This document shows positions 1 to 9,636 of a stretch of 64,000 bases of DNA, one piece after another; positions within the stretch are counted from its first letter, which is position 1; the number at the start of each line of letters is the position of its first letter. The translations under genes and the position numbers were made by a program. Source of the stretch: Vulcanimicrobiota bacterium (GTDB taxonomy: Bacteria; Vulcanimicrobiota; Vulcanimicrobiia; Vulcanimicrobiales; Vulcanimicrobiaceae). The stretch is from positions 416,001-480,000 of the forward strand of contig CAWETW010000002.1 of NCBI GenBank assembly GCA_963812155.1, written 5' to 3'. A model generated the notes under the pieces. That model was not told the DNA's origin. It ran no database searches and saw only the letters and a list, made by a program, of their open reading frames with translations.

Positions 1-84
1 GCACGGCGGATCCGCGCGGCCATTGGCCCATACTGCCCCGCATTTCTCGCATCCAAACCTGAAAGCTCAACCAAGGGGCTTTCG

Positions 85-111
85 GGTTTCGCGACGAGCG
101 GCCCGGGGTAA
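85..111 (+). promoter_or_regulatory. SigB/SigF-type general stress promoter
   Basis: GGTTT(85-89)-N16-GGGTAA(106-111), 9 nt before the ATG of a CsbD-like gene; fits the GGWWT-N16/17-GGGTAY consensus. Confidence 0.55.
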
Positions 112-120
112 TCACGGCGC

Positions 121-336
121 ATGAGCGATCAAATAAAGAAAGCCGGCGCCGATTTGCACGACGCCGCAGAAGAAATCAAACACCGGACGGTTGCCGAGGG
201 CGAGCGGTTGAAGCGCGACGCTTTAGGAGACGAACTCACGACCGGAGAAAAGATCGAGTCGGGCGCAAACGAGCTGAAGAACCGGACGCAGGCCGAGATA
301 GACAAAGCCAAACGCGGCCTACGCGACCACACCTGA
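121..336 (+). CDS. Small hydrophilic CsbD-like/general stress protein
   Basis: 71 aa, charged, helical, Lys/Glu/Ala-rich; stress-type promoter upstream. Confidence 0.6.
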   Translation: MSDQIKKAGADLHDAAEEIKHRTVAEGERLKRDALGDELTTGEKIESGANELKNRTQAEIDKAKRGLRDHT

Positions 337-355
337 AGCGACGACGTTAAGCGCC

Positions 356-544
356 ATGCCGATCATCGAAGTCTGCATCGTTCTCGTCGTCGTCGGCGTG
401 CTGCTGTGGCTCGTCAACACGTATATTCCGATGGCCGCCGGCGTTAAGTCGTTACTCAATGCCGTCGTCATCATCTTCCTCATCGTCTGGCTGCTCCGGG
501 TCTTCGGGCTCTGGAACTACATCACGCACCTGCACGCGAGCTGA
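356..544 (+). CDS. Thivi_2564-family small membrane protein
   Basis: Two hydrophobic helices; pattern LVVVGVLLWLVNTYIPM...LNAVVIIFLIVWLL.VFG. Confidence 0.75.
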   Translation: MPIIEVCIVLVVVGVLLWLVNTYIPMAAGVKSLLNAVVIIFLIVWLLRVFGLWNYITHLHAS

Positions 545-580
545 CGCGCGGGCTGATTGAAAACGCTTCCTTCGGCGACA

Positions 581-1156
581 TCATTTCGCAAGCGCGTTTG
601 CGGCGACGATGGCGGCCGCCAGCGCGAGTTTGTGGTCCTGGTTCCATGGGGATCCGAGGCTCCTTCGCAGATCGAGGAAGTGTGCGTCGAAGCTGTCGAG
701 CCCCAGCGCGCGGCCGGCTTCGCTACAGACGTTTTTAGGTTCGAACCAATACACGGGTAGAGCGCGCGCCGCCGCCGCCGAGGCCAGGACGTCGCGGTAC
801 ATCACCCAGTCGGCGACGTTCCGCGCCACTGGATCGTTGATTCGTTCTGCAATCGTCGGCGGAAGCGGCTGGCGTTCGCGAAGGGCTATGCCGAAAACAT
901 CGCCGACGTCCTTCGTCACCGCATCGAGCGCGATGGCCGCATACCTCTCAACCGATGCGCGCACGCGTTCCACCAGCGCAACGCCCTCGTCGGACGAGAG
1001 CATCTGAGCTTCGTGGTGATGCGGAATCGCCGGCAAGTCGTCATCGACGAGTTCCACACGCCGCCGGTCGAGCAGCGTGCCGTCGCGCGCCGCGGTCACG
1101 AGCACGGCCCAACCGCCGTGGTCCGATATCCCGATGACGCCACCACTTTTCGACAT
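581..1156 (-). CDS. Hypothetical protein
   Basis: Long ORF with coding-like codon use; ATG at 1156 preceded by AAAGGGA. Confidence 0.7.
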   Translation of the reverse strand: MSKSGGVIGISDHGGWAVLVTAARDGTLLDRRRVELVDDDLPAIPHHHEAQMLSSDEGVALVERVRASVERYAAIALDAVTKDVGDVFGIALRERQPLPPTIAERINDPVARNVADWVMYRDVLASAAAARALPVYWFEPKNVCSEAGRALGLDSFDAHFLDLRRSLGSPWNQDHKLALAAAIVAANALAK

Positions 1157-1247
1157 CACGATCCCTTTCATCTCACGTAACACAAGGCCAATTCGTCCTC
1201 TTGAGCACGCCAATCACGTTTTTATCGGACGGCGGTTGCTAAGGAAA

Positions 1248-2795
1248 TTACCTTGATGATCTCGAGATAAAGGCAGCTGGTTTCAGTGCGCCAACGCACG
1301 ATGTATCGGGCGCAACCTTCGGATCGGCATAGAACGAAACGATCACTTTTTGTGCACAGGGAGACCAGGGTGAGACGGTGTGCCCGACGCCCGGGATGGC
1401 GATGAGCGTTGCGTGGGATAGCCGCGCTGCCGCTGCCTTCGCTCCCGCGAACGACGTCAACGTGTCGAACGTTCCGGAGAGAAGGAGCGTCGGAATGTTG
1501 CTGGCAACGGGCTCGTGCATTGATTTCGGGGCGAGGGGAAGTTTCCAGACGTCGCGACAGTCTTCTTGAACGTAAGCCCAGCCGCCGATACCTTCACGTT
1601 GCACCGAGGCCGGATAATCCGGGAACGCTTCTCGTCCGGCCGCGGCGAGTTCTCGCGGCGTCCCGAGGTGATCTTCGCGGCAGGTGGTACCGACCGCGAG
1701 ACCGTCGCCGAGAGCAGGTGCGCCTGGATGATAGGGCGGCGCTCGGCTTGCCCGATCCTTAGCAATCGCCTCGATGGAATCGGTGCGGCCGGCCGCGAGT
1801 CCCCCAATTGTATCGGGCGCGGCTTGAAGTGTGGGGATGCCGTACGTTTGGTTGCGCAGCCAATCGATGAGTGCCCCGCCATCGAGCATCACCTTGATGT
1901 TCTTGCCGGTGTTGGGGTCGCTGATTGTTGGCGTCAGCGGCTTGGCTTCGAGCTTATTGACCAGTTTGGTAAAAGTCCGCTCGAGATGAGGGTGGGCCGC
2001 GTTGCAGGCCGGTTGCGCTTCGCAGGCGTCAAAGAGGTTGTCGAAGCCAGAGCGCGCGTTCCACCAGTTTACCGCGATGCTGTAGCTCGTCGGTAGGACG
2101 GAGTCCAGAACGACGCTGCGGATCCCCTCCGGATGCTCGCGCATAAGCGTCTGCGCGGTATACGTGCCGAACGAGTTTCCGTAAACGTTCCACTCGGCAA
2201 TGCCAAGCACTTTGCGGAGATCGACCAAATCGGCCACGCTCTCGGTCGAATTATAAGCGCTGAGATTGGCGCCGGTGGCCGTGAGTTCGTCTCGGCAGGC
2301 TTTGGTTGCAAGCAAGTGGGCACGCTTTGTTGCCTCGGAATAAAACCGAAGGCCAAGTAACTCTCCGGCGAAGTTGTTACTTGCCGCGCAGATCAGCGCC
2401 GGCTTTGAGGACCAGGTGCCGCGTTGACTCACGACCCAGATGTCCCGGTCGCGAATAAAGTTCGCCTTGATGATCTGGTCGATTTCAAGCGGAGCAATAT
2501 CGCCCGGCCCACCTTCAAGGTACAGAACCGGATCGGGCCGCTTTTCCGACGATTGCGCTCGATGTCTTGCGACCATGATCCGAATGGTGCGACCGTTCGG
2601 CCTACTGCGATCCTCCGGGACGACAAGATACCCGCAGTCTGCGTTGGCAAGCCATTCTACGCCCCCAATTTTCGAGCACGTCGCCCGCTCGAAGCGTGGC
2701 ACGGCTGCCGGCCGATCGGCCCGTACGACTTGCGCCGTAACGGATAAACCAAACAGAATGGCGAGCGCCAGGAGATGTCGGCGGTTGATCGTCAT
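1248..2795 (-). CDS. Secreted alpha/beta hydrolase (TAP-like peptidase/esterase)
   Basis: Signal peptide; CGYLVVPEDR, GGPG, GNSFG nucleophile elbow, D(TLT) and GH catalytic motifs. Confidence 0.9.
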   Translation of the reverse strand: MTINRRHLLALAILFGLSVTAQVVRADRPAAVPRFERATCSKIGGVEWLANADCGYLVVPEDRSRPNGRTIRIMVARHRAQSSEKRPDPVLYLEGGPGDIAPLEIDQIIKANFIRDRDIWVVSQRGTWSSKPALICAASNNFAGELLGLRFYSEATKRAHLLATKACRDELTATGANLSAYNSTESVADLVDLRKVLGIAEWNVYGNSFGTYTAQTLMREHPEGIRSVVLDSVLPTSYSIAVNWWNARSGFDNLFDACEAQPACNAAHPHLERTFTKLVNKLEAKPLTPTISDPNTGKNIKVMLDGGALIDWLRNQTYGIPTLQAAPDTIGGLAAGRTDSIEAIAKDRASRAPPYHPGAPALGDGLAVGTTCREDHLGTPRELAAAGREAFPDYPASVQREGIGGWAYVQEDCRDVWKLPLAPKSMHEPVASNIPTLLLSGTFDTLTSFAGAKAAAARLSHATLIAIPGVGHTVSPWSPCAQKVIVSFYADPKVAPDTSCVGALKPAAFISRSSR

Positions 2796-2891
2796 GGCTT
2801 CTTTCTATATGCACCGAACGCGTTGGCTCGAAAACATTTTCTACCTCCTGCGTTGCAGCAACGTTTTTCGCCGCTTTGCCAACCGAAGGGT

Positions 2892-3431
2892 CTATGGTTT
2901 TCTCGGTAGAGATTGGACTAGGTGCCCCTTTAGCTTGGGGTCCTCGAGCGGTTGAGATTCGAAGATCGGTCGCAGGAATGACGCGAACTCCGGTTCGATT
3001 GCCGCGCGCGTTACGGCATTATCGAAAATTGCACGCGTGATCGGCATGCGGGCGACGGGAACGAATGAGGCCATCCAGTTGCGCCAGAAATGATCTCCGA
3101 CAATCGAATCCTTACGCAGAAAGTACATGTCTTGCAAGTCGTCGATAATATTGCGCACCACGACCGTAGACTCGATGCTCGGGACATCCGGGTACAACTC
3201 ACGCATTTCCGGATTTGCTTCCAGATACATTGCCATAGTACCGGGATTGCGGATGAGACTCATTCGCGCCTGATACATTCGCTCCGACATCGCTTGCTGC
3301 ACTTCGAGAGTGGACGCCAGATGTGCCGCGTCTGCTTGCCTACGCGAGTGCAGCGCTTGCGTACGCGCGTACACTAGCGATAACATGCCGATCGCCATAC
3401 CGGTGGCGCCGAAAATAAGCCCTAAATCCAC
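2892..3431 (-). CDS. Hypothetical protein with N-terminal membrane anchor
   Basis: 179 aa; N-terminal hydrophobic helix followed by a helical domain; GGGGA before GTG. Confidence 0.65.
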   Translation of the reverse strand: MDLGLIFGATGMAIGMLSLVYARTQALHSRRQADAAHLASTLEVQQAMSERMYQARMSLIRNPGTMAMYLEANPEMRELYPDVPSIESTVVVRNIIDDLQDMYFLRKDSIVGDHFWRNWMASFVPVARMPITRAIFDNAVTRAAIEPEFASFLRPIFESQPLEDPKLKGHLVQSLPRKP

Positions 3432-3671
3432 AACACTTCCCCGATGACGCTATAGCCTGTTTTCGCAAACGTATCCTTTTTTCTCGTGAATGCCTCGGGC
3501 CCCTGACCCGTCCGCGCACGGCTGACCGAGCGTGGCCACGATAGAAGCCTTCGAGAGGGACTGGTATTTGGACAGCGGCAACGCCCTGATAAATGCGAGG
3601 GTCTTCCTCCGGGGTGGCGGAGAACGTAGGCACGTGGTCGCATTGGCGTTACGAAGATGGATTGAGTTCGT

Positions 3672-4097
3672 ATGAACGTACAAGAACAAATTAAAGAGTA
3701 TCTTACCAGCCAACCTGAGCCAAAGCGTAGTGATATGCAAGAGTTGCACCACCTCACGCTTCACGTTTTACCAGGTTGTAAATTATGGTTCGACAATGGT
3801 AAAAACAGCGAAAACAAGACCGTTAATAACCCTACTATAGGCTATGGATTTCACACCATTAAATACGCTGATGGAAAGACCAGGGACGTGTTTCAAATTG
3901 GTTTGAGTGCAAACAAAACCGGAATCTCCGTCTACATCCTCGGTATCAAAGATAAGACACACTTAGCCCAAACGTATGGAAACAAATTAGGCAAGGCGAG
4001 CGTGACCGGGTATTGCATTAGGTTCAAAACGCTAAAAGATATAAACATTGATATACTTGAAGCGGCAATACGATATGGGGTAGAGGCGCCGCATTAG
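3672..4097 (+). CDS. DUF1801 (YdhG-like) protein
   Basis: Motifs IGYG, IGLSANKTGISVY, LGKA..TGYCIRFK.L.DI; visibly AT-rich. Confidence 0.85.
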   Translation: MNVQEQIKEYLTSQPEPKRSDMQELHHLTLHVLPGCKLWFDNGKNSENKTVNNPTIGYGFHTIKYADGKTRDVFQIGLSANKTGISVYILGIKDKTHLAQTYGNKLGKASVTGYCIRFKTLKDINIDILEAAIRYGVEAPH

Positions 4098-4107
4098 TAG
4101 ATAAGGA

Positions 4108-4572
4108 GTGCATGCCGTGCACGAAATGGACTCGAACGAAGACCTACGCGCGACGCGCACCCGCTACTACGAGCGGTACGCGTTTCCGCTCTTCAGCCAC
4201 ATCGACTTTCGCGTCAGCGACGCCGATGCCGTGCGACCATTCTACGACGCGCTGATGCCACTGTTCGGTACCGAGCCCACGACGGTGCGCGTCGCGCGCT
4301 ACGGATATACGCGGCGCTACGGCACCGTCCGGGCAGATTTCTTCAACGTGTTCGAAGACCCGGACGCGCGCCCGACGGCGACGCGCATTGCATTCGCGGC
4401 GCCCAGCACCGATTTCGTCGATGAGGTCGCCCGGGTCGTACGCGCGCACGGCGGGCAAAACGTGGACGGTCCCGGGTACTTCGCGCAGCACCATCCGACG
4501 TTCTATGCGGTCTTCTTTGAAGATCCGCTGGGCAACCGCCTAGAAGTCTGCCATCACCGCATGGACAAATAG
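4108..4572 (+). CDS. VOC/glyoxalase family protein
   Basis: HIDFRVSD...FYD, RIAFAA, YAVFFEDPLGNRLEV; AAGGAG RBS. Confidence 0.88.
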   Translation: MHAVHEMDSNEDLRATRTRYYERYAFPLFSHIDFRVSDADAVRPFYDALMPLFGTEPTTVRVARYGYTRRYGTVRADFFNVFEDPDARPTATRIAFAAPSTDFVDEVARVVRAHGGQNVDGPGYFAQHHPTFYAVFFEDPLGNRLEVCHHRMDK

Positions 4573-4712
4573 CGTCTAAGATCTACGTCTGGCGTTCATC
4601 CGGCGAATGCGGCTTGGGTCGTATTCCTCATATAGCCGCCGGTTCAACCAATTGTTTGCCGTTGACGGTGCCGAACGCTTGATTTCGATGCGATCGCCAT
4701 CCACTCGTCGCT

Positions 4713-5015
4713 CTAAAGCGTCGAGTCGTCGTAGCCGTCGACGACGATGAGATCCGTCGTGCTGATCTGTTGACGCAACGCCTTGGCGGGTGCGTATTCG
4801 GGCGAGTTCCACCATTCGATGGCTCGTTCAAACGCTTCGAACGTCAGGACGACGATTCGCGTGGGCGCCCACGCCCCTTCTAGCACGGTCATGGTGCCGC
4901 CGCGAGCGAGGTAACGGCCTCCGTATTGCGCCACGGTTCGCTGTGCGAGATCCTTGTACGTCTGGTACTTGGCCGGATCGACGGTTGCAACGTTGACGAT
5001 GACGTAAGCGGCCAT
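4713..5015 (-). CDS. DUF1330 protein
   Basis: AYVI...YGGRYLARGG..VLEG.W...F...W.NSPEY; AGGAG RBS. Confidence 0.9.
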   Translation of the reverse strand: MAAYVIVNVATVDPAKYQTYKDLAQRTVAQYGGRYLARGGTMTVLEGAWAPTRIVVLTFEAFERAIEWWNSPEYAPAKALRQQISTTDLIVVDGYDDSTL

Positions 5016-5165
5016 ACATGTCTCCTAGGATGAATCCGGATCGAATGCGTTAGACGCGGTAACGCCGGGCGGCAAGGCATGATGCACGAACCGGAGCCGT
5101 CCAACCTGCTTCACGAAGATCGCCGCGGCTGCGGGGTGCGGAGCGACAGCCGAGAACTAAGGCGC

Positions 5166-6170
5166 GTGCGGCAATCGGCCTTTATCGAAAAACGTTCGCA
5201 ATCGTGGGAACGGCTCGATGCGCTCGCAACGAAGGCCGGGAGGAAAGGCGTTCGGGGACTCGGAGCCGGCGACGCCGACGAACTCGGCCGGCTGTATCGC
5301 GCCGCGACGAGCGACTTGTCGTATGCCCGCGGACGCGAGTTCGATCCGGCGCTCGTCGAGTACTTGAACCGGCTGGCCGCACGGGCGCACGCGTACGTCT
5401 ATGGCGGCTCGGCGCAAACCGGCGGCGCACGTATATCCGCCTTCTATCGGGAAACGTTTCCGCGCGAGTTCCGGCGGTCGTTCGCGTACGTCGCGATCTG
5501 CACGGCGGTTACCGTCGCCTTCGCCGTCGTCGCCTTCGCCGTCGTACGCGCGCATCCGGCGGCCGCCTACTCGCTGCTTCCGTCGCAACTCGTGCCCGAC
5601 GAGATACGCAAGAGCCTGCACGACTCGAACTTCGCCTTCGATCACGACTTCGCGCCGGCGATGTCCGCCGCCATCATCACGAATAATATCCGCGTCGCAA
5701 TTGCCGCCTTTGCGGGTTCGGTCACGCTCGGCGCGCTGACGCTCTACATCATCGCCTACAACGGATTGATGCTCGGCGGCATGGGAGCGCTTTTTACCAA
5801 CGCCGGCTTCGGTTACGATTTCTGGGCGACGATTGCGCCGCACGGCGCGATCGAGCTCACCGCAATCCAAATCGCCGGCGCCGCCGGACTCCTGATCGCG
5901 GCCGGCGTGCTGTATCCCGGACGCTTACGCCGTAAGGAAGCGATCGTGCGTAACGCGCGCCGCGCCGGAACGCTGATCGCCGGCGTCGCATCGATGCTCG
6001 TCGTCGCCGGCACCATCGAAGGCTTCATCTCCCCGCAGCGCTGGCCGCCGCAAACGCGCGTAGGGTTCGGCGCGCTGACGGCCGTCGCGCTGGTGCTCTA
6101 CTTCGGCTTCAGCGGCCGCCATAAAAGAAAGTCCCATAAACAAGGGAGGTCTGACGTATTCCAAATCTAG
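5166..6170 (+). CDS. SpoIIM-family (DUF95) membrane protein
   Basis: LYR.A..DLS, ITNNIRVA, NGLMLG, PHG.IEL, AG.IEGFISP; start placed at GTG 5166 (ORF open from 5079). Confidence 0.88.
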   Translation: MRQSAFIEKRSQSWERLDALATKAGRKGVRGLGAGDADELGRLYRAATSDLSYARGREFDPALVEYLNRLAARAHAYVYGGSAQTGGARISAFYRETFPREFRRSFAYVAICTAVTVAFAVVAFAVVRAHPAAAYSLLPSQLVPDEIRKSLHDSNFAFDHDFAPAMSAAIITNNIRVAIAAFAGSVTLGALTLYIIAYNGLMLGGMGALFTNAGFGYDFWATIAPHGAIELTAIQIAGAAGLLIAAGVLYPGRLRRKEAIVRNARRAGTLIAGVASMLVVAGTIEGFISPQRWPPQTRVGFGALTAVALVLYFGFSGRHKRKSHKQGRSDVFQI

Positions 6171-6245
6171 GAAGCGAGGGTCGAAGTTTGCTACGGCAAA
6201 TGAGACCCGAGGTGACAACGAGTTGGGATACGTCAGGCCTCCCTT
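6142..6245. repeat. ~104-nt inverted-repeat element (structured RNA or MITE-like)
   Basis: 23-bp arms 6142-6164 and 6223-6245 (21/23 complementary); inner GGGTC/GACCC and TTTGC-TACG-GCAAA stems. Confidence 0.8.
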
Positions 6246-7617
6246 ACAAAAGTCCGCGTTGTTTGATGCGCAGATACTCGTCAATCAGCGCGGTCGTCAG
6301 TTTTTCCGCGGGCACGTCGATGACGACGACGCCCATGCGGCCGAGCAGCGCGGCCGCGGTGCGGCGCTCCTCGGCGAGTCCGACCGCAACGCCCGCGCGA
6401 AAAGCCCCGCCCACGTCGCGAGGCTCTTCGGCGAGTGCGGCGTTGACGGCGGCATCGTTCATGAAGACGCAGGCGAGCAAGTGGTGGCGTGCGACCGACG
6501 CGAGTTCGGCCAGCAGCGCGCTCTGCGAAACCGGATCGATGACGTCGGTGAGAAAGAGCACGAGCGAGCGTTTGTGCAGGTGCGAGCGCAGGTAGAAGAA
6601 CGCGCGCGCATAGTCGGATTCTTCGAAGCGCGGCTCGAGATCGTACAGCAGCTCGGCAACGGCCGCGGCCGAGGATCGCGTCGAACGCGGCGCCGCCGCC
6701 GCGAGAATTTCGCCGGCAAACGCGACCACGCCGACGCGGTCGCTCGCCAAGCCGGCAATGGCGGCGACCGAAAGCGCCGCCGTCACCGCGTAGTCGAACT
6801 TGCGCAGTTTGGCGCCGATGCGCGGCGTCATGAGGCGTCCGCAATCGAGCACGAGCATTACGTTCTGGCTGCGCTCGACCTCGTGATGCGCGACCATGAG
6901 TTTGCCGCGCCGCGCCGTCACCTTCCAATCGATCGCACGGAACGCATCGCCGTCGGCGTATTCGCGCAGTGATTCGAACTCGGTACCCGTGCCGCGCAGC
7001 CGCATCTTTCGCAGTCCGGCTTCGATCGTGCGGTTGCGCACGTGTAGCGAGCCGTAACGCTCGACTGCCGAGAGATCGGGAAAGACGCGGAAGGGCTCTG
7101 CCGCCGCGACCGCCATGCGCCGGCGAATGAGGCCGAGCGCGTTTTCGTACCAGACGAACAGCGTGCCGAACTCGTCGGGGCCGCGCGCGACCGGCGTAAC
7201 CGTACGGGACACCTCGACGCTCGAACGCGGCGGCACGCCAACGACCGTGTCGTCTTCGCCCCACTGCAGCGTGCGCACCGGCGTCTCGACGATGCCCACA
7301 CGAATAGAGCGCGCACAACGATTCACCACCCGATACGCAACGTCGAGTGTCACCCGTAACGCGAGATGGTCGCCCGCGACGCGCACGACGCCGATATCCG
7401 CATTCCGCGGACCCCACGCCGCGTCGACAACGGCTGCCGCGACGAGCGCGACGACGCCCGCATACGCGACGGCAATCAGCGCCGGCAGCCCGGGAGAACA
7501 CGCGAAGAGCAGCGCAATCGCGCCGAGCAGATAGAAGAATCGCGGCGTCGGCCACCCCGGCAGCCACACCCGCGGCCGCAAGCGCGCGCCGCTAGCGTCC
7601 CTACGTTTCGGGGCCAC
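6244..7617 (-). CDS. DUF58 (vWA-like) MoxR-associated protein
   Basis: GTGTEFESLREY..GD.FR.IDWK.TAR, LVLDCGRLM, DRVGVVAF; start uncertain (7617 or 7569). Confidence 0.9.
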   Translation of the reverse strand: MAPKRRDASGARLRPRVWLPGWPTPRFFYLLGAIALLFACSPGLPALIAVAYAGVVALVAAAVVDAAWGPRNADIGVVRVAGDHLALRVTLDVAYRVVNRCARSIRVGIVETPVRTLQWGEDDTVVGVPPRSSVEVSRTVTPVARGPDEFGTLFVWYENALGLIRRRMAVAAAEPFRVFPDLSAVERYGSLHVRNRTIEAGLRKMRLRGTGTEFESLREYADGDAFRAIDWKVTARRGKLMVAHHEVERSQNVMLVLDCGRLMTPRIGAKLRKFDYAVTAALSVAAIAGLASDRVGVVAFAGEILAAAAPRSTRSSAAAVAELLYDLEPRFEESDYARAFFYLRSHLHKRSLVLFLTDVIDPVSQSALLAELASVARHHLLACVFMNDAAVNAALAEEPRDVGGAFRAGVAVGLAEERRTAAALLGRMGVVVIDVPAEKLTTALIDEYLRIKQRGLL

Positions 7618-8563
7618 GCGGCACCGGCACCGTCGCGAGGATGCCGCGCAATACTTCGACCGCGGAGATGCCTTCGATCTCCGCATCGGGTGCCACGATG
7701 AGCCGGTGCGGCAAGACGGCGGACGCGACGTCCTTGACGTCGTCGGGCGTCGCAAAATCGCGGCCCGCGATTGCCGCAGCCGCCTGCGATGCGAGCAGCA
7801 GCGCTACGCCGGCGCGCGGCGAAGCTCCGAGCGTTAAGCGCTGATGGTTGCGCGTCGCCGCGACGATTGCGTACACGTACTCGCACACGCCGTTCGACAG
7901 ATGCACCTCGCGAATGGCGCGCTGGGCCTCGAGCACTTCGTTCGCGGTCGTGATGGGAACGATTCCCGACGATGCGAGCGCATGCGCGTCGAAGCCGCCG
8001 GCAACGCGTTGCAGAAGTTCGAGCTCGCGCGCGGGCGCCGGATACGAAGGCGCAATCTTTACCATGAAGCGGTCGAGCTGCGCCTCCGGCAGCGGATACG
8101 TTCCTTCGTACTCGATGGGGTTTTGCGTCGCGCAGAGCAAGAACGGAGACGGCAGCGCGTGTGCGACGCCGTCGATCGTCACGAAGCCCTCCTCCATCGC
8201 TTCGAGGAGGGCGGCTTGCGTCTTGGGCGGCGTGCGGTTGACCTCGTCGGCCAGCACGACGTTGGCAACGATCGGTCCGAGACGAGTCGTGAACTCGGCG
8301 GTCTTCGGATTGAATACGGTCGTGCCGACGACGTCGGCAGGCATGAGATCCGGCGTGAACTGAATGCGCCGAAACTCCAAACCCAGCAGCGCGGCGAACG
8401 CGCGCACCGCCAGCGTCTTGCCCGTCCCGGGAACGCCTTCGATCAAGACGTGACCGCGCGCGAGCAGCGCGACCGTCAAATTGAAAGCGGTCCCTCGCGC
8501 GTCGACGACGACGCGTTCCATCCCCTGCGCGATGCGCTCTGCCAAGTTTCCGACGACGTTCAT
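7601..8563 (-). CDS. MoxR-family AAA+ ATPase
   Basis: GHVLIEGVPGTGKT, RIQFTPDLMPAD, DEVNRTPPKTQAALLEAMEE, ATQNPIEYEGTYPLPEAQLDRF. Confidence 0.95.
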   Translation of the reverse strand: MNVVGNLAERIAQGMERVVVDARGTAFNLTVALLARGHVLIEGVPGTGKTLAVRAFAALLGLEFRRIQFTPDLMPADVVGTTVFNPKTAEFTTRLGPIVANVVLADEVNRTPPKTQAALLEAMEEGFVTIDGVAHALPSPFLLCATQNPIEYEGTYPLPEAQLDRFMVKIAPSYPAPARELELLQRVAGGFDAHALASSGIVPITTANEVLEAQRAIREVHLSNGVCEYVYAIVAATRNHQRLTLGASPRAGVALLLASQAAAAIAGRDFATPDDVKDVASAVLPHRLIVAPDAEIEGISAVEVLRGILATVPVPRGPET

Positions 8564-9636
8564 CCCCACTCCTTACGCAAGCGGAACGCAATAGAGGCCG
8601 CCGCGAGCAGCGACGATTCCGACGGTCGCCCGAGGCCGCGCAATCGTTCGAGTTCGGCAAGTGCGCTGCGCGTCTCGGGATCGTCGCGGCCGCGAGCCCG
8701 GCGTGCGGAATCTTCGGCAAAGCGCGCGACGAGCGCCGCAGAGCCGCGTGCGCGCCGCAACAGCGCCGCCATGGCGGTAACGTAGGCCGACGAATCGCGA
8801 TCGGCTGCAGCGGCCGCAGGCAACGGCGGTGCGAACGGAACGTTGGCGCCGATCAATCCGAGCACGACGATGCCCACGACCATCCAAAATGCCGCGCGCA
8901 CGGGCTCCGGCATGACCTGCCAAAAACCGAGATCGTCGTCGTACCCGTGCACGTATTCGTCGAATGCTACCGCACCGTGTCCGGCAACGGCGTCGTACGC
9001 GAACGCCGCATTGTCGGCGTCGTGCAGCCTGGCGTTGCTGAATATGCCGGGCGCCGTGACGGCAATGACGTCGCCTTTACCGTAGCGATACCAAACGGCG
9101 ACGATGCCGCGTGCGTTTGCCAGTAGCGGTATGCCGCGACGCAACGCGAAAGGGAACACCGCTTCGACCGGCGCTCCGACGCGCGTAACGCCGGCCGTGT
9201 AACGATTGCGGGCGATCGCGAGCGCGCCATAGGCGCTCGCCGGCGTGCTGATGCCCACACCCGGGGCGACGTCATCCGCTCCGGCGAAATCGGTATCGAG
9301 CGCCACGAGGCGTCCGCCGCCGGCGACAAATCGCTTCAACGCAGACGCGTCGCGAGCGTTCAATCCTCGGGCAGCGGAATCGCCGGCATAACTCGAAACG
9401 ACCAGCGTTCCGATGCCGGAATCGAGCAATGCCAGCGGATGCTGGAAGCGCCGCAGCGGCACGCCGGCATCGAGCAGCACGCCGTAGAGGGCGCGATAGC
9501 CGCGCATTCCGGTATCGTAGGTGGAGTACGTCGAGGGTGCCGCGCCGCTTTGCACGCGTTCGCGTTCGAACGCAATCAGCGCCAGCGCGGCGACGCCGAT
9601 CGCCAACACGGCAAATTCGACGCGGCGGTTCGTCAC
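8560..9636 (-). CDS. DUF4350 membrane-anchored protein
   Basis: N-terminal TM, STYS...GY.ALY, FV..GGRLV, FSN..L, FDEY.HG, C-terminal TM; GTGA overlap with upstream gene. Confidence 0.8.
   Translation of the reverse strand: MTNRRVEFAVLAIGVAALALIAFERERVQSGAAPSTYSTYDTGMRGYRALYGVLLDAGVPLRRFQHPLALLDSGIGTLVVSSYAGDSAARGLNARDASALKRFVAGGGRLVALDTDFAGADDVAPGVGISTPASAYGALAIARNRYTAGVTRVGAPVEAVFPFALRRGIPLLANARGIVAVWYRYGKGDVIAVTAPGIFSNARLHDADNAAFAYDAVAGHGAVAFDEYVHGYDDDLGFWQVMPEPVRAAFWMVVGIVVLGLIGANVPFAPPLPAAAAADRDSSAYVTAMAALLRRARGSAALVARFAEDSARRARGRDDPETRSALAELERLRGLGRPSESSLLAAASIAFRLRKEWG

Noticed and set aside
1..52. Possible 5' end of a minus-strand gene (MREMRGSMGQWPRGSAV)
   Set aside because: Too short at the window edge to support.
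1..5100. Integron cassette array or prophage in the accessory block
   Set aside because: Mixed gene orientations; no integrase, attC-like repeats or phage genes seen.
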